This document shows, piece after piece, positions 33,688 through 47,021 of a stretch of 64,000 nucleotides of DNA (positions are counted from its first letter, which is position 1; the number at the start of each line of letters is the position of its first letter). Origin of the DNA: Octopus sinensis (lineage: Eukaryota); the NCBI RefSeq assembly GCF_006345805.1, contig NC_043001.1, positions 98,704,001-98,768,000 on the forward strand. Reading direction: 5' to 3'. The notes below the pieces were generated by a model. That model searched no databases, had not been told where the DNA came from, and saw only the letters and a list, made by a program, of their open reading frames with translations. The translations under genes were made by a program, and so were the position numbers.

Positions 33688-34567
33688 CAGTGGTTCTCAA
33701 CTGGGGTTCATATAAGATTTTGTTGTTAAAATTTATCTGCAATAAATAGGTTATATATCAACAAAACACAAAATAATTTAACAATTTTTTAGATACAATT
33801 CTTAATAATATTTAATCATAAAAATATATGACCTTTTAAACATCGAATGGCTACTAGGGTACATCTGAGTAAAATAGAAACCAAACTTTTACTTGTGATG
33901 GCATTAACCCAGGGCGGGTTAAGCCGGCTTCTTCTCTGGTCCTGACAGCATCATGAACCATGGTGGCCCACGCTCGACGGTCCTGTGCAAGGTCACTGGA
34001 GATAGCGAGCCATCCGTGGTTCCATCTTCGCAGACCGACCACCTGCAGACCTGAGAGTTCGGAGAGGTTCACCTTTAGCGAGCCATCCGTGGTTCCATCT
34101 GCGCAGACCGACCACCTGCGAACCTGAGAGTTTGGAGAGGTTCACCTTTATCATTGTTGCCCAGGTCTTCAGCTGCCCACCCATGCATTTGCGCCAGTTG
34201 GGAAGTGGAGGTGGAAGGGGGACGTCGCAAATCAGCTCACTCTCTGGACACCAGGCCGCATGACCAAACCACCTTAAGCGCTGTTGTAGAAGCACCGAAG
34301 GGAGGGACTGGAGATTCAGGTGATGACAAAGACCGGCTGTAGGAACCCGATCAATGTGTCAGCAGCGAAGAATGCGGTGGAGACAGTCATTGTCAAACAC
34401 CTCCAGCCTTTGCTGATCGACTACCCTCATAGGCCATGTTTCACAACCATAGAGGAGGATAGTACAAAAGACGGCCTGGTAGACTCGCCCTTTGGTAAAA
34501 TAGAAACTGAGTAAAATAGAAACCAAAGGGTTCCATAGGTTAAAAAAATGGTTAAGAAACACCACTG
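33688..34567. mobile_element. hAT-like MITE hosting a young RTE insertion
   Basis: CAGTGGTTCTCAAC left TIR; GTTAAGAAACACCACTG right end; only a partial TSD. Confidence 0.65.
33886..34506 (-). mobile_element. 5'-truncated RTE LINE of a second, GC-rich family
   Basis: Exact 21-bp TSD CTGAGTAAAATAGAAACCAAA (33865-33885, 34507-34527). Motifs LLYGCETW, RLRWFGH, GGQLKTW, AQDRRAW; 73-bp tandem duplication at 34003-34148. Confidence 0.9.
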
Positions 34568-35121
34568 TAAAGGGTCCTTCCATCCCTTCTGACTAAAACA
34601 AAAGAAGCACCAATAAAATTATCTACATTTTTTCCATGCCTGCACAAGTTTGTTAGTTGCATATTTTGACTAACAACTCCATACAATCATTTTCACTATT
34701 TCCATTCATTCCCCCCACCCAACACAGACTAAACTTTGTCACCTGTGCCTAATGACCTTTACACTCACATTCATACAATTCCAATCACAAACCATACATA
34801 GTGAACATTGTCCTGACAATACAAACAGTAAAGTTCTTTGTTCTCTTTTTTTCTTTTGTACATTACCTACACCCATTTGTAATGTTTACCTCTCACCTTT
34901 TATATTTTCAGTGCTTTCTGAAACACACCCACTTGGAAATTTCTGTCTGCTCAGAAGGGTCAATCTCAATGCATCTGATTCCTTTCCTCATGGCATACAA
35001 ACTTATCCAAACTGATGGCCTTGACTAAATATAATTTTGCCCTGTAAAGAGCACCATCAGTTTACTGTGATTCAGAAATTTTTCTTTACACACACACATT
35101 CCATATATATATGTATAGATA

Positions 35122-36352
35122 CATGGTGCGTAAGGTATTTGAGGACATACCATTTTTGGGTCATAGCTGCATTTTTTGCTAACTCTGTATAACCTTTGTT
35201 TTAGAAAATAATAATGGCAGACCCTCAGCTTACTCAAGAAATGAAGAGGCTTGCTGTTATTGTGGTTATAAAGGCTGAGCATAATGATTTAGAAATATCT
35301 TGGTTTTTAAAAGTTGCTAGATCTTTTGTCTACAAAGTTTGTAAGGAGCTAGAGATTGAAAATGGAAACATATCACCAGTATCAAAGCATAAAAAGCATT
35401 CTAAACACTCTGAACACCTGAATTTATCCAGCAACTTCAACAAACCATTGATTACAATCCCAGAAAGTCCATGAGATCAATTGCAAAAGATCTCCATGTG
35501 TCAGAAGGAACGGTCAGAAATGTTGTCCACAAAGACATCAGATATAAGTCTTATATGATGAGGAAAAGTCAATTTGTCAGAAAAAGCAAAAGAAAATCAC
35601 TACATCAGATCTAAAAGGCTCTTAAACAAACTGAAAAACCCAGCAGAAGAAAATTTGATTTGGTTTTCCCAAACAAGAAAAACTTTGACAAGATGAAAAA
35701 GTTAACAGAAGAAATGGCAGAGGGTTATGTGCAGTCCCTTCTGATGCTCCAAATGTTATGCATACAAAATCTCCTGCAGCTGTCATGGTTTTAGAGGTTG
35801 TCAGCAATGAAGGACATGTGATGCCTCCTTACTTCTTTCCACAAGGCCTTAGAGTTAACTTTGCCACCTACATTGAGGTCCTGGAAATAATTGTTAAGCC
35901 CTGGATAGACAGTGTATGCAATGGAAGGCCATATGTGTTTCAATAAGACACTGCACTATCACACATGGCTCTAGTAACGCAGGAATGGATGGCTGAAAAA
36001 TTTCATGATCACATAACCCCTAACATTTGGCATCCTAATTCCCCAGATCTGAATCCATGTGGAGCGTTGTTGAGAGAGAGACCAATGAACATGCCCATAA
36101 CACCAAAGATTCTTTGACAGTTGCCATAGTCAGAGTAATGTCCAAAATGAACCAGGACTACTTGATTTGAGCATGTAGATGATATAGTTCTCATATGGAA
36201 GCAGTTGTTGAAGCTGAAGGTGGCTTTATTGAATAACATTATAGAAAAGGTTTATTTTTATCCTCATAGCATTTTTGATAAATAAAGTTATTATCTATTA
36301 TATATGTCTTTTTATAAAGATAAATCTGTCCTCAAATATCTTATGCACCCTG
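35122..36352 (+). mobile_element. maT (DD37D-type) transposon, degenerate
   Basis: TA-flanked TIRs CA(T/G)GGTGC.TAAG.TATTTGAGGACA. Remnants read KRLAVIV.., GRPYVFQ*D, WHPNSPDLNP. Confidence 0.85.
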
Positions 36353-36479
36353 TATATATGACAAAGAACAAAAAGTGAAATACAAAAGACAGTAAGCGAA
36401 TAAGTTTACAATGTTATAAGGAAGAATAGAGGTAGTGGCTATAAAGTCTTGGACATTTTCCAGATAGTGAGAAAAGTGG

Positions 36480-37560
36480 GGTGGAGAAAGGACAGAGATG
36501 CAGTTAATTTGATGGGCTCAGATTAGGGCAGTTGGACAAAAGCAGAGAGTGTTCGCATCAAACAAAGAAAAAACCATGTATTGTGACTAGGTTTTGAAGT
36601 CTTGGTTGCAGCTGCACAGATAGCAGGGTGGGGTGACTATGAGTAAGGGAAAACCCATCTGGTGAGCAAGTGGAGGGAGAAGGTAAAATTAAAGCAGGGG
36701 TGGGAGTCAGTGGGTTTATAGAAGGTAGTGGGGGGGGGGCAAAGTGTGTTCAAGATGATTGATGGAGATTTCTGGGATGATAGAGGTGGATTTGAGAAAT
36801 GAGTGGCATGAGTTGATAATGAGATGAAAGTTTTCAGCTGTCCGCAGAAAAGGGAGGCAACACCAATACAGTTGTCTATATAGTGACTGTTCAGAACCTC
36901 ACTGTTACCAACAAATAGGTCAGCATAGCTGGAAACAAGATTGCAGACCTCACCTGTGAAACGGAAGTAGTCAAGATTAAGTACTAGTTCAGCTATCCAG
37001 AGAAAGGATAGAGAATGGTGTGAAGATTAAGGAAGTACTAGAAAGTCAGAAGACCATTGCTGTGGGGAATAATAGTGTAGAGGGATTTAGTGTTCATAGT
37101 GAAGTGGAGGTAGGAAGAACCAAAATGGAAGGAAAAAAAATTGAATAGTCAAAGAGCAAGGTTGGTGTAATGGATGTGAAACATGAAGGAAACATCTAAA
37201 GATGAAAAGATGAGGTTGAGGTACTAAGATATCAATTCAGACAAGCAGTTAGGGACAGAGAACATAGGAAGCAAGGGCTGTCAGGTTTATGAATTTTGAG
37301 GAGGAAACATGCCAGAGGTGCATAGTGTTAGGACAGTGAGGGTAGTTGCAGTGGGAAAAGGTGGAGTTGAGTTCAGGAATGGTGGATAAGGTGTTGTGGA
37401 GCAAGAGGCAGTAGCAGGAATCTTGCAAAGCTGTTGAAGCACCTATACTCTGTAGACGTTAATGCACCATACCATCACAGCTCCACCCTTGTCAGATAGT
37501 TTTATAAAAATGTCCTGGCATCGGAATTTATGAAGATCTGAAATTTTGGACCAAGTGATG
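36480..37560 (-). mobile_element. Penelope-like RT remnant
   Basis: The minus strand gives FTMNTKSLYTIIPHSNG, ELVLNLDYFRF, SYADLFVG and YIDNCIG, matching PLE RT motifs. Confidence 0.7.
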
Positions 37561-37779
37561 TTGAAGCATTGAAAACACATGGAAGATAAATCAGTTTACA
37601 CTAGTGTTGCATATGGTAACAAACAAGTCTAGGCTGCTGAACTGGCATGGCAGCAGCAACCATTCAGATGGACAGTGACCCAGGTCCAAAAAGCAATACT
37701 GATTGCAGAATTTTGCAAAAAAAAAAATCACAATTTCATCTAATGCAGAGACTGCTCAACATTGATAAAACACATTCAC

Positions 37780-38225
37780 ACACATACTACTCTCTCACTC
37801 TCTTGGTCATGTACCTCCTCTATAGCAAGACATCTGTTTCTGCCTCTCTGTCACATTCTAATCTTTCATCATCTGATAAAAGATCACCTCCTCCAAAGCC
37901 TATTCTTCTCTCAAAATATCTTGTCTTGCAAGTTACTTGGTGACCTTGCTGGTGCTGGTGCCACATAAAAAGCATTCAGTTCACACTGTGAAGCGGTTGG
38001 CATTTGGAAGGACATCTAGTTGTAAAAACCATGCCAAAACTGACCTTGCCTGTGCTGGTGCCACGTAAAAAGCACTGTCCACTCTAGTGTGGTTGGTGTT
38101 AGGAAGGGCATCCAGCCATAAAAAGCATGCCAAAACAGACACAGTAGCTTGGTGTAGTCTTCTACTTGGCAGGCTTCTGTCAAACCATCCAATCCATGGA
38201 AGACAGACGTTAAATGGTGATGATA
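37780..38225 (+). mobile_element. RTE 3'UTR remnants
   Basis: CAAGTTACTTGGTGACC..., two GGTTGG..TT.GGAAGG.CATC.AG..AAAA units, (GAT)n tail. Confidence 0.75.
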
Positions 38226-39205
38226 ATGGCATAAACACAATTGCAAATACATTATATATATGTGTGTTTTCTATTACAGCCCACTGACCAAAGTCTTGCA
38301 AGCAGATCTGGTTGACAGAAATTGGAAGAAGCCTGTCATACATATGCATGTGTGTCTTATGTGAATGTATACATATTTCACCTTGTCATCACGTTTGGTG
38401 ATTGTAAACAATAACCGCACAAATAAACAATATCGTTTGTTTTGCAGTCCACCACAAAAACATGCCCAGGTTTCTAGACATTGTGCAATCATTGTACATC
38501 ATAAGGCTCATTCAACTGATGTTGCTTGTTTCCAGTTCTCTGTATAACCAGATCTGGGCTGTTTGTTGTTTAATAGACAGGAGATCATTACTTTGCTAGG
38601 AAGCAAGTGAGACTGGCATCATGAAGGGCCACTAGCCATAGAAAATTTGACCCCAATTACACTCTCGTCTGACCCATGCAAGCATGGAAAAGTAGACATG
38701 ACATGATGATGATGATATATACATATACTACATTACCTTCTACTTGTTTTAGTCATTGGACTGTGGCCATACTGGGGCACTATCTTGAAGGGTTTAATCA
38801 AACAAATTGACACAAGACTTTTTTTAAAGTTTTGCACTTATTCTATTAGTCTCTTTTGTTGAACTGCCAAGTTAAGAGGACATAAACAAACCAACACCAG
38901 TTATCTAGTGTGCGCACACACACATAAATTTACATATAAACAATGGGCTTCTTTCAGTTTCCATCTACCAAATCCACTAACAAGGCATTTGCCCAAGGTA
39001 TCACACTGTGAGACTGAACTTAGATCCATGTGGTTGGAAGTAAACTTCTTACCCAACAGTCATACTTGTGCAGACAGACAGATATAATACATATATACGC
39101 ATGCATTAAATACATACATACATACATACACATACACGCATGCATATATCCATACAAATATATTAGAGAAAATGATAGCCTTTTATAGTTCTAAATATAG
39201 TTTAA

Positions 39206-39424
39206 CCCTTTCATTACTGTATTTATTTGAGATGCTCTGTGTTTCTTTCAATTACTTTAAATATAACAAAGGATTTAGTAAAATAACTTAGTTATCATTA
39301 AACTAGTGTTAGGAACATAAATTGTGACTAAGGTTTGGTGGAAGATTTTAATTCAAAACTTATGAAAACAAGACATTTGCACTCAGAGCCAGAGCCAGTT
39401 TCAGCCAAGTTGGTAACGAAAGGG
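39206..39424. mobile_element. piggyBac-like MITE
   Basis: TTAA|CCCTTTCATTAC ... GTAACGAAAGGG|TTAA. Confidence 0.75.
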
Positions 39425-39785
39425 TTAACAGTGAGAAGTAAAAAAAAAAAAAAAAAAGCGCTTTGATAGTATTGACTATATTTATTATATATTATATTCT
39501 ATTATTTACTGGGGTTTTATATTTTTGATTTTGCTCTGTGCATGTACAAATTTTTCATAGACGGAGTGTAAGTCCATTGCAGATTCTCCTAGAACTGATT
39601 TATGACTGCAAATGCAATCAATGGTAGAAGGGGAAAGAAGGAAAAAAAGGAGAAAAATTGATAAAATAAAATTTTAGAAAATCATGCAAAAACTGGGTGT
39701 GTGCATATGAAATAGATATGTAAAAAAAATGTATGCAGACATTTTTTCTTTCTTTCTTCTTTAGCCTTGTTATCAAAAATAAACC

Positions 39786-39822
<37 letters not shown>

Positions 39823-39951
39823 AAAAGGAAAACTATAATTGTCATTAAATATGACTGAAGGTGTTAGTTATAGTTTTCCTTTTTGGTACACATTTGCCTA
39901 CTGCTGGCCAAATCAATTATGGATTTTATGCTGTATGTGTGTGTGCGTATA

Positions 39952-41196
39952 CAGGGTGTCCCAAAATTAAAGCAACCAATATTTTTCAATTTTGTCAAAA
40001 GCAAAATATTGTTATATTTTAGGTCCAAGTGTTGCAATGCAATGGTAAAGGAAATACAATTATAACACTACCGCATTTATTCTTTATGACTACCTCTGTT
40101 TCAAATCACAGCCTTAAATCTAGGTGTGAATGCTTCATGCATGGCATGCAACTGTTCTTGCAGAATCAAAGTTCATTCCTTATGCAGTTTAGCCTTCAGA
40201 GTGTCGGGCAAAGCATGAGGAGTGCTCAAGACCCTCATCTCCAAAATAAACCAAACAGAAAAATCCAACAAGTTGAGATTGGGGCCCTCTTTAGAGCCAT
40301 ATATCCTTGCCTATGTATGATGGAGTGTTTTTCAGAATCCAGTGTTGTGTCTGTTTGGTGCTGAGTCCTGAAGGAGGCTCCAAGGTATGGAAGCAGTTCA
40401 GTTTCCAGAATGTCACCAACATTGGGTGTTAATTTTAACACCCGAGGACACAAAAACGATGGGGAGACCTTCCAGTAGCTGTCACAGCTACCCAAACCAT
40501 AACTGACTGTGGATTTTGATATTGATTCACGAATATACTTTCAAAGGAGCCAGATACATTCAAGAGTCAGTCATTCTGGTGGTTTACTGTCTGTTTGATA
40601 TCAAATTTCTTTTTGTCAGTGAACACCAGGTTGGGCAGCATGCCTTCAGCAGTCTGACACAGAATAGGAAACTTCTCTCCAGTTTCATGGCCTTATAAAC
40701 ATGTGTGAGTGAGCTCATGATGGTGGATCAACTTGTAGGAGTGGGTCCCGAGATCCTTCTTCAGCACTCGATACATCAATGTTCAGCTTATTTTTGCTGT
40801 GGTAGCCAGTTTTCTGATGGAATGATGAGGATTTTGCTATATGATTTCTTTGGTACTTTTGATAAACTGAGGGGTCTATACACTTCTTTTTCAGTCATGT
40901 CCAGGTTGATCAGTGGTGGAACCAGTCTCTTGAAATTTCTTGACAATTTTCCAGACTGTTGTTGGTTAATTTTAAGCTTTTCTGCTATAACTGTATTACT
41001 TTCACTTCTTTTGTGGAACGTTATGATTGTGTTTCAGTCTATAGCCATTACCTATTTTATAAATCTGAATTTATTTAGTCTGAAACAAAGAGAAGACATA
41101 CTAAGTTTTTATGATGTATAATTTTCATATCTTATCACATTTATTGATAGTTATTAAATCCTGAAACTTTGGTTGCCTTAATTTCAGAACACCCTG
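39952..41196 (-). mobile_element. maT-like Tc1/mariner element, degenerate
   Basis: TA-flanked TIRs CAGGGTGT.C..AAATTAA.GCAACC. Minus-strand remnants read DILETELLP, LQDSAP, PNLNLLDFSVW. Confidence 0.75.
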
Positions 41197-41232
41197 TATA
41201 TATATATATATATACAAATACATACTTACAAA

Positions 41233-42513
41233 CAGGGTGTGATGGGTAAATTGTCGCCATTTTATAATTTTAATTTCATGCATGCGCATTGTTTGTTTTT
41301 GATTTTGTTGACTACACAGTATAGTAGGGTCAGTTGGGCACCATCTGTGAAAAAAATAGCACCATGACGCAATTCATTGACAGAAATTTGGAAATGACAT
41401 GCTATACTGCTTGGTATTCATGCTAGAAGCTCCAATATGAACATTTCAAAGTGTTTGAGTGTCAATCCGAGTACAGTGCAGAGGATTTGGAAAGAGTTAG
41501 ATGAGTCTAATGGTGATTACAAAGGTACGGCAGCTCAGAAAACTCACTCTGATAAGAAAAGAACTCCTGAATTTGTTGGTGAGATCCAGGCTATGATTGA
41601 CAACAATCCCTCCAAGTCAATCAGGTCCGTCACCAGGGAGATGAGAGTGTCTGAGTTTCTTATCAGGCAGGTAGTGCATGAAGACATTCGGTATTCCTCA
41701 TACAAGATGAGAAAGGACCAATTTTTATCCCAAGCCATCAAGGACAAGAGAAAAGATGGTGCTACAAAGCTTTTGAACAAACTCAAGCAATTCCCCTCCA
41801 ACTGAACATGCTTTGATTTTTCCCAGACAAGAAAAATTTCTGCCAGAATCAGATGGCGAACACACAGAACTGTTGGCTTGCTGTGTCCCCAAAATATGTA
41901 ATGGGAGTGATAAAAATCAAACATCCAGTCAACATCATGGTGTTTGGAGAGATCACTAGCAATGGCAACATTATGTCTCCATTTATCTTCCCACACAGCC
42001 TCAGACTCAACACAGAGGCCTGCATCAAGTTCCTGGAGGAGGTAGTGCTGCCCTGGGTCAAGAGAATAGCTGCTGGAAGACCCTATGTATGGCAACAGGA
42101 CTCTGCACCATACTACACAAGCAGGGGAACCCAGTTGTGGCTGTTAGACAATTTCTGCGACCACATCACCCCTAACATATGGCCACCTAGCTCCCCACAC
42201 TGCAACTCACTTGATTATTATGTGTGGGGCACAGTTGAGAGAGACTAACAAAACTCCTTGTAACACCAAAGATGAACTCAAAGCAAGGATTATGGCAGCA
42301 TTCACCAACATAAAGGATTATGGCAGCATTCACCAACATAAACAAAGAGACCATCCAGAAGAGTAGCAGGAAATTCCAAAGTTGCCTGGAGGCTGTGGTA
42401 TTTTATTAAATAAATTTACTCTTTAGTATTTCAAGATATTTTTATGTAAGTTTGATAAATATATCTGTTAAAATGAGACGCCTGTGTTATTTTCATTTAT
42501 TCACCGCACCCTG
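41233..42513 (+). mobile_element. maT (DD37D) transposon, degenerate
   Basis: ORF 41853-42248 reads WQQD-SAPYYTSRGTQLWLLDNFCDHITPNIWPPSSPHCNSL-DYYVWG (37 residues between the D). Ends are CAGGGTG/CACCCTG, with a 28-bp tandem duplication at 42285-42340. Confidence 0.88.
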
Positions 42514-43044
42514 TATGTATGTGTGTATATAGATATATATTCATATATATATGTATACATAGTGTGTGTGTATATATACACACAGACACACACAATATAT
42601 ATATATATATACAAACACATATCTTCAACTATAGCCTCGAGCCAACCAAAGCCTTGTGAGTGGATTTAGTAGATGGAAACTGAAAGAAGCCTGTTGTGTA
42701 TATGTGTGTATATGTATGTATGTATTTGTGTCTGTGCTTGTCCCTGCCACCACATATATATATATTTATATAGCTATCTATATAGATGTAGTGCGTGTGT
42801 ATATTTATCTATCTAGACATATACGTATATATGCAGGAGTGGCTGTGTGGTAAGAATATATATGTGTGTGTGTGTGTGTGTGCATGTGTATGTGTATGTA
42901 TATATTCGTGTGTCTGTGTTTGTCCCCCCAACATCAATAGAGACCGATAGAATAAGTACTAGGCTTACAAAGAATAAGTCCTGGGGTTGTTCCAGCATGA
43001 CTACAGTCAAGTGACTGAAACAAGTAAAAGAATATATATATATA

Positions 43045-44297
43045 TGAGGGTGGGCTGAAAAGTTCATAGGCTGACTATGAAGGAGTAATGTTAGACCTGT
43101 GAAAACTTCTTATCATTAATTGCATTGTTTCTTTTCAGGTGAATTAATCTCTGACCATTGAAAGAGGACTTCAAAAGTAACAAGTAGTGACTTTTTTTGA
43201 AAATCGACAAAATTTAGCATCATGGTGTTATCAAATATCTGCAAAAAAAAGGGTTTAACTACCTCGGACATTCATGTTGACAGGGTTGCTATATTAGGGG
43301 ATGATGCTCCAGCTTTATCAACACCGCAAAAGTGGACAGCTGAATTTAGGAGAGGAATGGAGAGTCTTGAAGGTGACCCAAGGCCTGGATGTCCTGTAAC
43401 TGGCAACACCAAGGAAAACATTGATCATATTCGCCACATGGTGATGGACAACAAGCAACTGACAATAAATCAAATAACCAATGCTATTAGTATATCCTGT
43501 GATGGAGTTGAGAATATTCTGCACAATCAACTGGGCATGACGAAGGTTTCTACTCAGTAGTTGCAAGTCTTTTGACACCTGATCAAAAGTGCACCAGGTT
43601 AGTCACATCAAGGGAAAAATTAACATTGGCTGAGGCAGATCCAGTTGGTTTCTCTGAATGTTTCCTAACCCAGATTTTGGCTTCATTGCTTTGAGCCAAA
43701 GACAAAGAGACAATCCATGCAGTAGAAACACCCTTCCTCACCTACTCCAAAGAAGACCAAGCTTGTTTCATCTGCAAGGAAGGTAATGGCCTCAGTTTTT
43801 TGGGATGCAAAAGGCATTGTGTTTATTGGCTATCTTCAAAAGAACCACACCATCAATGAATAAGTGCTATGCCAACTTGCTGAGGCAGTTACGAAAGACT
43901 ATCAAGACCAAACACCCAGAAAACCAGTGAAAAGGGTCTTGTTTCATCAGGACAATGCTGAGCACACAAGTCCTGGCTTCCAATGGCTGCTGTGACTTTG
44001 ATCTGGTGGATCACCCTCTTTATTTTCTTCATCTGGCTCCATTTGACTATCATCTGTTGCTCGACATAAAAAACACTTGGCTGGGATACAGTATCACAGT
44101 GACAATAACATTATATCTGCTGCTGAGGACTATTTTGACCAGCAAGTTGAAAGCTTCTTCACCAATGGGCTCCATGCACTGCCTAATTGATGAAAGAAGT
44201 GTGTGGACCACAAGGGGGACTATGTTGAAAAATAAACATTATTTGGTCACATTCCACGAGATTGTCTTGATTAGCCTGTGAACTTTTCAGCTGACTC

Positions 44298-44300
<3 letters not shown>
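43045..44300 (+). mobile_element. Mariner-family transposon, degenerate
   Basis: TIR GAGGGTGGGCTGAAAAGTTCA / TGAACTTTTCAGCTGACTC. Remnants read KWTAEFRRGMESLEGDPRPG, FHQDNA, LAPFDYHL. Confidence 0.85.
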
Positions 44301-44332
<32 letters not shown>

Positions 44333-44720
44333 CTCACATACATGTATGCCAGCATGAAAAACAGACATTAAATGATGGTGATGATATAATTCTGGTTCAG
44401 TCTCTTACTACTCTGATTTTCAACTCTGAGTACACAGGATCTTCAGGCAAGTTATAATACTAGATGTGTACATATCCATGTCATATACACACACACATTG
44501 TAAAATATATGCAAATATATATTTCAATATACTGCAAACATTATCTGATATAGAACATAATACACTGGATGGAGTGGATAGATATACGCATTTATTACAT
44601 CAACAACTAACAGTCTACTCCGATTTTTACCTTAGTCAGATCCAAATCATGACTGTCAGATTGTCATAATCAACTAAATATAATACTTAGAGTAGATTGC
44701 CATTTGTTTATATATATATG

Positions 44721-44777
<57 letters not shown>

Positions 44778-45398
44778 ATAATATAAAGAGATATGGGGTG
44801 GGGAGTTGGTATTTTACTTTTCTGCAACTGTCTGCACAAAACAAGCATGTAACAGAAAATTTAATTTACAAAATGAAAAAAATATATATATTAATGACAG
44901 CAATAATAATAGTAATAATAAGGATAATAATAACCAGGATTAGACATTTCAATTCATTTTGTTTATTTTTCACATGTTTTTACTTTGAAGTTTTCAGATT
45001 GGTAAATATGGGTGGAAGTGGTTTTCATATAGTATAATTAGTAGAGAAATTTGAATTTAAAAACCTAAAATTTTAAAATCTGAACTCTAATTAAAATGTA
45101 ATTTTAAAAATTGATTTTAAAAAGATTTGCGTTTTCTATTACTAATTTATTTTGAATTTCAAATCAAATTGTTTTGTGACACAAATATTCTCTCACCCAC
45201 TCTTTTACATTTCTTAAAAAAAAAAAAATGTTTATCTATTTGTAATAATTTCAAACAGATTTTTTTTCTTTAAAAAAACCTCTTGAATTGAAATATCCAT
45301 TTTCTATAAATACATATAAAATAATATTTTTAAAAAATTTTATTTGCAATTGACAGTTTAAATGAAATTCAAATAGTTTAAACTATATATGTATGTAT

Positions 45399-45443
<45 letters not shown>

Positions 45444-46975
45444 TAGCTGAACTTCTAATTTTACACAACTCAAATGAAAAAAGAAACAAATTTTTACGTA
45501 AACTGAATTTTGATTCAATAATGATTTCTTGCATAGACACAAGGCAATAAACTTATAAGGGAGGGCAATGGGAATGTGTGACATTCATACCTTTCTTAAA
45601 GATATTAGCATAGTGTAACAGAACTCCATTGATTTGCCTTCAGCCAGACTGATAAGGAATTGAAACTCAAATGACGAGATTCAAATTATCAGGACTGGAA
45701 GTTTATTTATTGGGTTCTACAATGCTGAACACAGTAGTTTTAATACTATAATGGAATTGATAAATATTTTTTTTTTACATTAATATATATTAACATTAAT
45801 ATTATATAATAATAATATATTATTATATAAACTGTACAAATACATATGTGTATAATACATGTATATACATCTATATATATGTAATATATATATATATATA
45901 GATACACACACAAATATACTTCCATATACATATATACATACATACATAGACACCAACAAACATATATGTATCTGTATGCATATATGTGTGTGCATGTATG
46001 TACACACACACATGTATATGTATGTATATGTATATATGTATGTATTTATACACACACAAATATACACACATACATGTTCAAATTTGAACAGCAGTCTCTT
46101 CACAACCAGAAGTCAGGTAATTTTAATGTTGCTATACTACGAAAATTGGAGTTTTTTTTTCATTAATTGTTTTTGCGTATATATTTTTTTATAAAACAAA
46201 AGTCTTTTAGCAGTAAAAAAAATGCTAAAAGAAAAATTTATAAAATAAAAAATAGTTCTCTGTTTTTTTTTTTTAAACATGGGCGGTGAACATTACGATT
46301 ATTTTTCTTCCTTTTTTTATACAATTTCTTTTTGTTATTTGTCTTTGTCAGTTCAGTTTGACTACTATTTAAACTGAATACTGATGTATGGAAAGGAGGT
46401 GGGAGAGAAGGAGAGATAAAGAGAGAGTAGGAGAGAAAAAGAGAACAGATTGTGAAAGAGGGAGTTGGGCTGGGGAGAGAAATGTCCAATCTAAAGGCAT
46501 GTGTTTTAAGTGTTACTTGAAGTTTTTTAAAATCACAACCAATGGCCAGAGAAGCAAATTCTTTATACCACAACAAAAAAAAAATGTTTAAAAAAAATTG
46601 TCATTGAGAGCAAAAAATAGTGTTGTTGTTGTTGTTAGGAGATTGGTTTTTGCTTTGATCTTTTTTGGAGGGTGGGTATATATTTTATGGTAATTTTATT
46701 TTTATTTCTTTTTCCTTTCCATTTTAATATATATTTTCTGCTTGAAAACAATAATTGTCAGTGTTGTTTTCTTTAAGACATTCACAACCCGTTGGGAAAG
46801 AGAGGGAGAGAGAGAGAGGAAAAGACCGAGAGAGAGAAAGAGAGAAAAATGATGAGACTGACAGTTAAGCTAAATAAAACACTCTGAGAGATGCTAAAAA
46901 GTTTAATTTAACAAAAAATAGATCCTGTCATTCACACACACAGACACTTATATGCTTGCAACTTTCCAGACTTAC

Positions 46976-47021
46976 ATGTTGGGTGGTCCCCTTAGATGAG
47001 AAGCATCAACCAAAATTGGTG
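46976..47021 (-). CDS. Candidate small internal exon of an unidentified gene (xPILVDASHLRGPPNx)
   Basis: CCTTATTTTCAG acceptor and GTAAGT donor; one open frame; lies in a TE-poor island. No homology recognised. Confidence 0.3.
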
